DNA of 64,000 nt from Tubiluchus corallicola. Taxonomy: Eukaryota > Animalia > Priapulida. Position numbers and translations under genes: made by a program. The notes below the pieces were generated by a model, which was given only the letters and a program-made list of their open reading frames with translations, had not been told where the DNA came from and did not search any database. The DNA lies in the NCBI GenBank assembly GCA_030141605.1, contig JAQGDQ010000018.1:868001-932000 (forward strand), written 5' to 3'. This document shows, one piece after another, positions 62,427 through 64,000 of this stretch; the first letter of the stretch is position 1, and each line of letters begins with the position of its first letter.

Positions 62427-63865
62427 TATGTTTTTCCTGTTAATGGTTTAAGAAAGACAATACAGCAAGTGATGTTATAAAACTGATAATTGTTAACTAT
62501 ACATGCAGTCATACAATGCAATCTTGAGTGTGTGTAAAAGGCCTATAAGATTTGCAATAGCAACAAACGAAAATTGACCTAGAAATTCGCGACTTGCAAT
62601 CACTACAGTACCTATTTTGATTTTCAACATCAGTGTTTCGAAGATTTTGCACATTGATTTATCAGCCGAGCAAGTGAGCCCGTGGTCTCAGCCTCAGTAG
62701 CTGCAGTGAGGTTGTACCGTTGTAGACAGTTTTAATACGGTTACTTGTCAGATGCTTGCAATAGACGTACTGGGCATTCGTTGAAAACGACTTAGGTCGC
62801 GTTTCCACTGCGTCCGCACATTCATTGATTTTTCTGTTTGCCCGTTTTACGTCCGCAAAAGTTGTTCCCACACACAACCGTCCTCATTACTCACTATTCG
62901 TATTACGATGCTGCAAAAATTTCAGCGCGTAATCAAGATATGGGACTTTTTGAGGAGACAGAGGCATGTATTTCCTGTTAATTGTTTAAGAAAGACAATA
63001 CAGCAAGTGATATTATACAGCTGATAACTATACACGCAGTCATACAATGGGTGCTATTACACTTTCGCACCGCCTAGTTTTTCCTAGGTTATTACTCGTT
63101 TCTAGGCTCGTACGTCATTATTCTATTATTCTTACGTCATCAGTGAATGTTTCCGCTAATCTAATTGTAATTTAATCATATATTTAGGTATAATTACCAA
63201 TAATTACGCTGTATTCACAGTTCTACACGTATCGCCATCTTGTTTGTGTGTGTAGTCACGTGACGAATTTCGTACTAGTTTATGCATTATCAGGGCCTAG
63301 CTTAAAAGCACGTGACACACTTTCATCTTCACCACATCTACGAAATAAAGAAAAAACCTTTACTTTTTTTATAATCTAATACTATAGTAAATAATACTAC
63401 AGTAATAAATAAAATTAATGATAAATAACTGTAGTCGTCTAAAATAATTCCCTCGTATATGCCAGCTTGGGTCCCGTGGCTGCAACCCTAATAATCATAA
63501 ATTATGCGAAGAAACTAAAAATACGTGTTGAGGGCCACATCGTCACTGCGCGAGAGCGATTGCGCATTAGTGGTGTAAACACAGTTATTCACCTGCAGCT
63601 TTTTGCGCAATGGCGGCGGTAAGTAATGTATGATTTTAATCTGGAATTATAAAGCCTAAAAAGCAATAATATTATGGGAATATGGTGTATATTACGCCTG
63701 TTGGTCTGCTTTCTGGCCTGCAGGCGTGAAAACAACCAATAGGCCAGGAAAAGCTAGGCGGTGCGAAAGTGTAATAGCGCCCATACAATGCAATCTTGAG
63801 AAAGTGCAAAAGGCCTATATGTTTTGCAATAGCTACAAACAAAAATTGACTGAGTAGAAATTCTG
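62427..63865. repeat. Local direct duplication of about 160 bp; second copy interrupted by the MULE
   Basis: 62427-62588 matches 62967-63049 joined to 63791-63863. Confidence 0.8.
63050..63781. mobile_element. Non-autonomous Mutator-like (MULE) DNA transposon, 732 bp
   Basis: TIRs ggtgctattacactttcgcaccgcctag... and ...ctaggcggtgcgaaagtgtaatagcgcc; 9-bp TSD catacaatg at 63041-63049 and 63782-63790. Confidence 0.85.
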
Positions 63866-64000
63866 AGACAGTAGTGTCTTATACCATAAATTTGACAAAA
63901 TGCATTGAAAAAAGAATTGCAAAATCAAACCCAAGTTTTTGGAAATGCTGAAAAAGCAAAACTAATATCAAAAACTAAATATTTGTTCTTTATTACTGTC

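Overview
AT-rich, intron-rich animal (invertebrate-like) genomic DNA; not prokaryotic, with no CRISPR array, rRNA or intact tRNA seen. By hand-splicing GT-AG exons I reconstruct four genes. (1) A MEAK7/TLDC1 TLDc-domain gene (+, 9 coding exons 2478-29624; the N-terminal exon was not found and is probably upstream of the window). (2) A C5orf22/UPF0489 homologue (+, 7 exons, 32296-38324, about 540 aa). (3) NOP9 (-, 13 exons, 54726-41095, about 674 aa), convergent with C5orf22. (4) An AIG1/ADTRP (FAR-17a) family hydrolase with an intronless CDS (+, 59810-60481). Introns and intergenic DNA carry many decayed LINE and DNA-transposon relics, several MITEs and local duplications. The most notable non-genic structures are a ~360-bp near-perfect inverted repeat between the convergent C5orf22 and NOP9 3' ends, an old palindrome with an apparently identical 288-bp extra copy in a NOP9 intron, and a Mutator-like element with a 9-bp TSD whose empty site survives in a neighbouring duplicate. 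Gene and element identities rest on recalled family motifs, not database searches. I found no convincing evidence of a wholly new multi-gene system.
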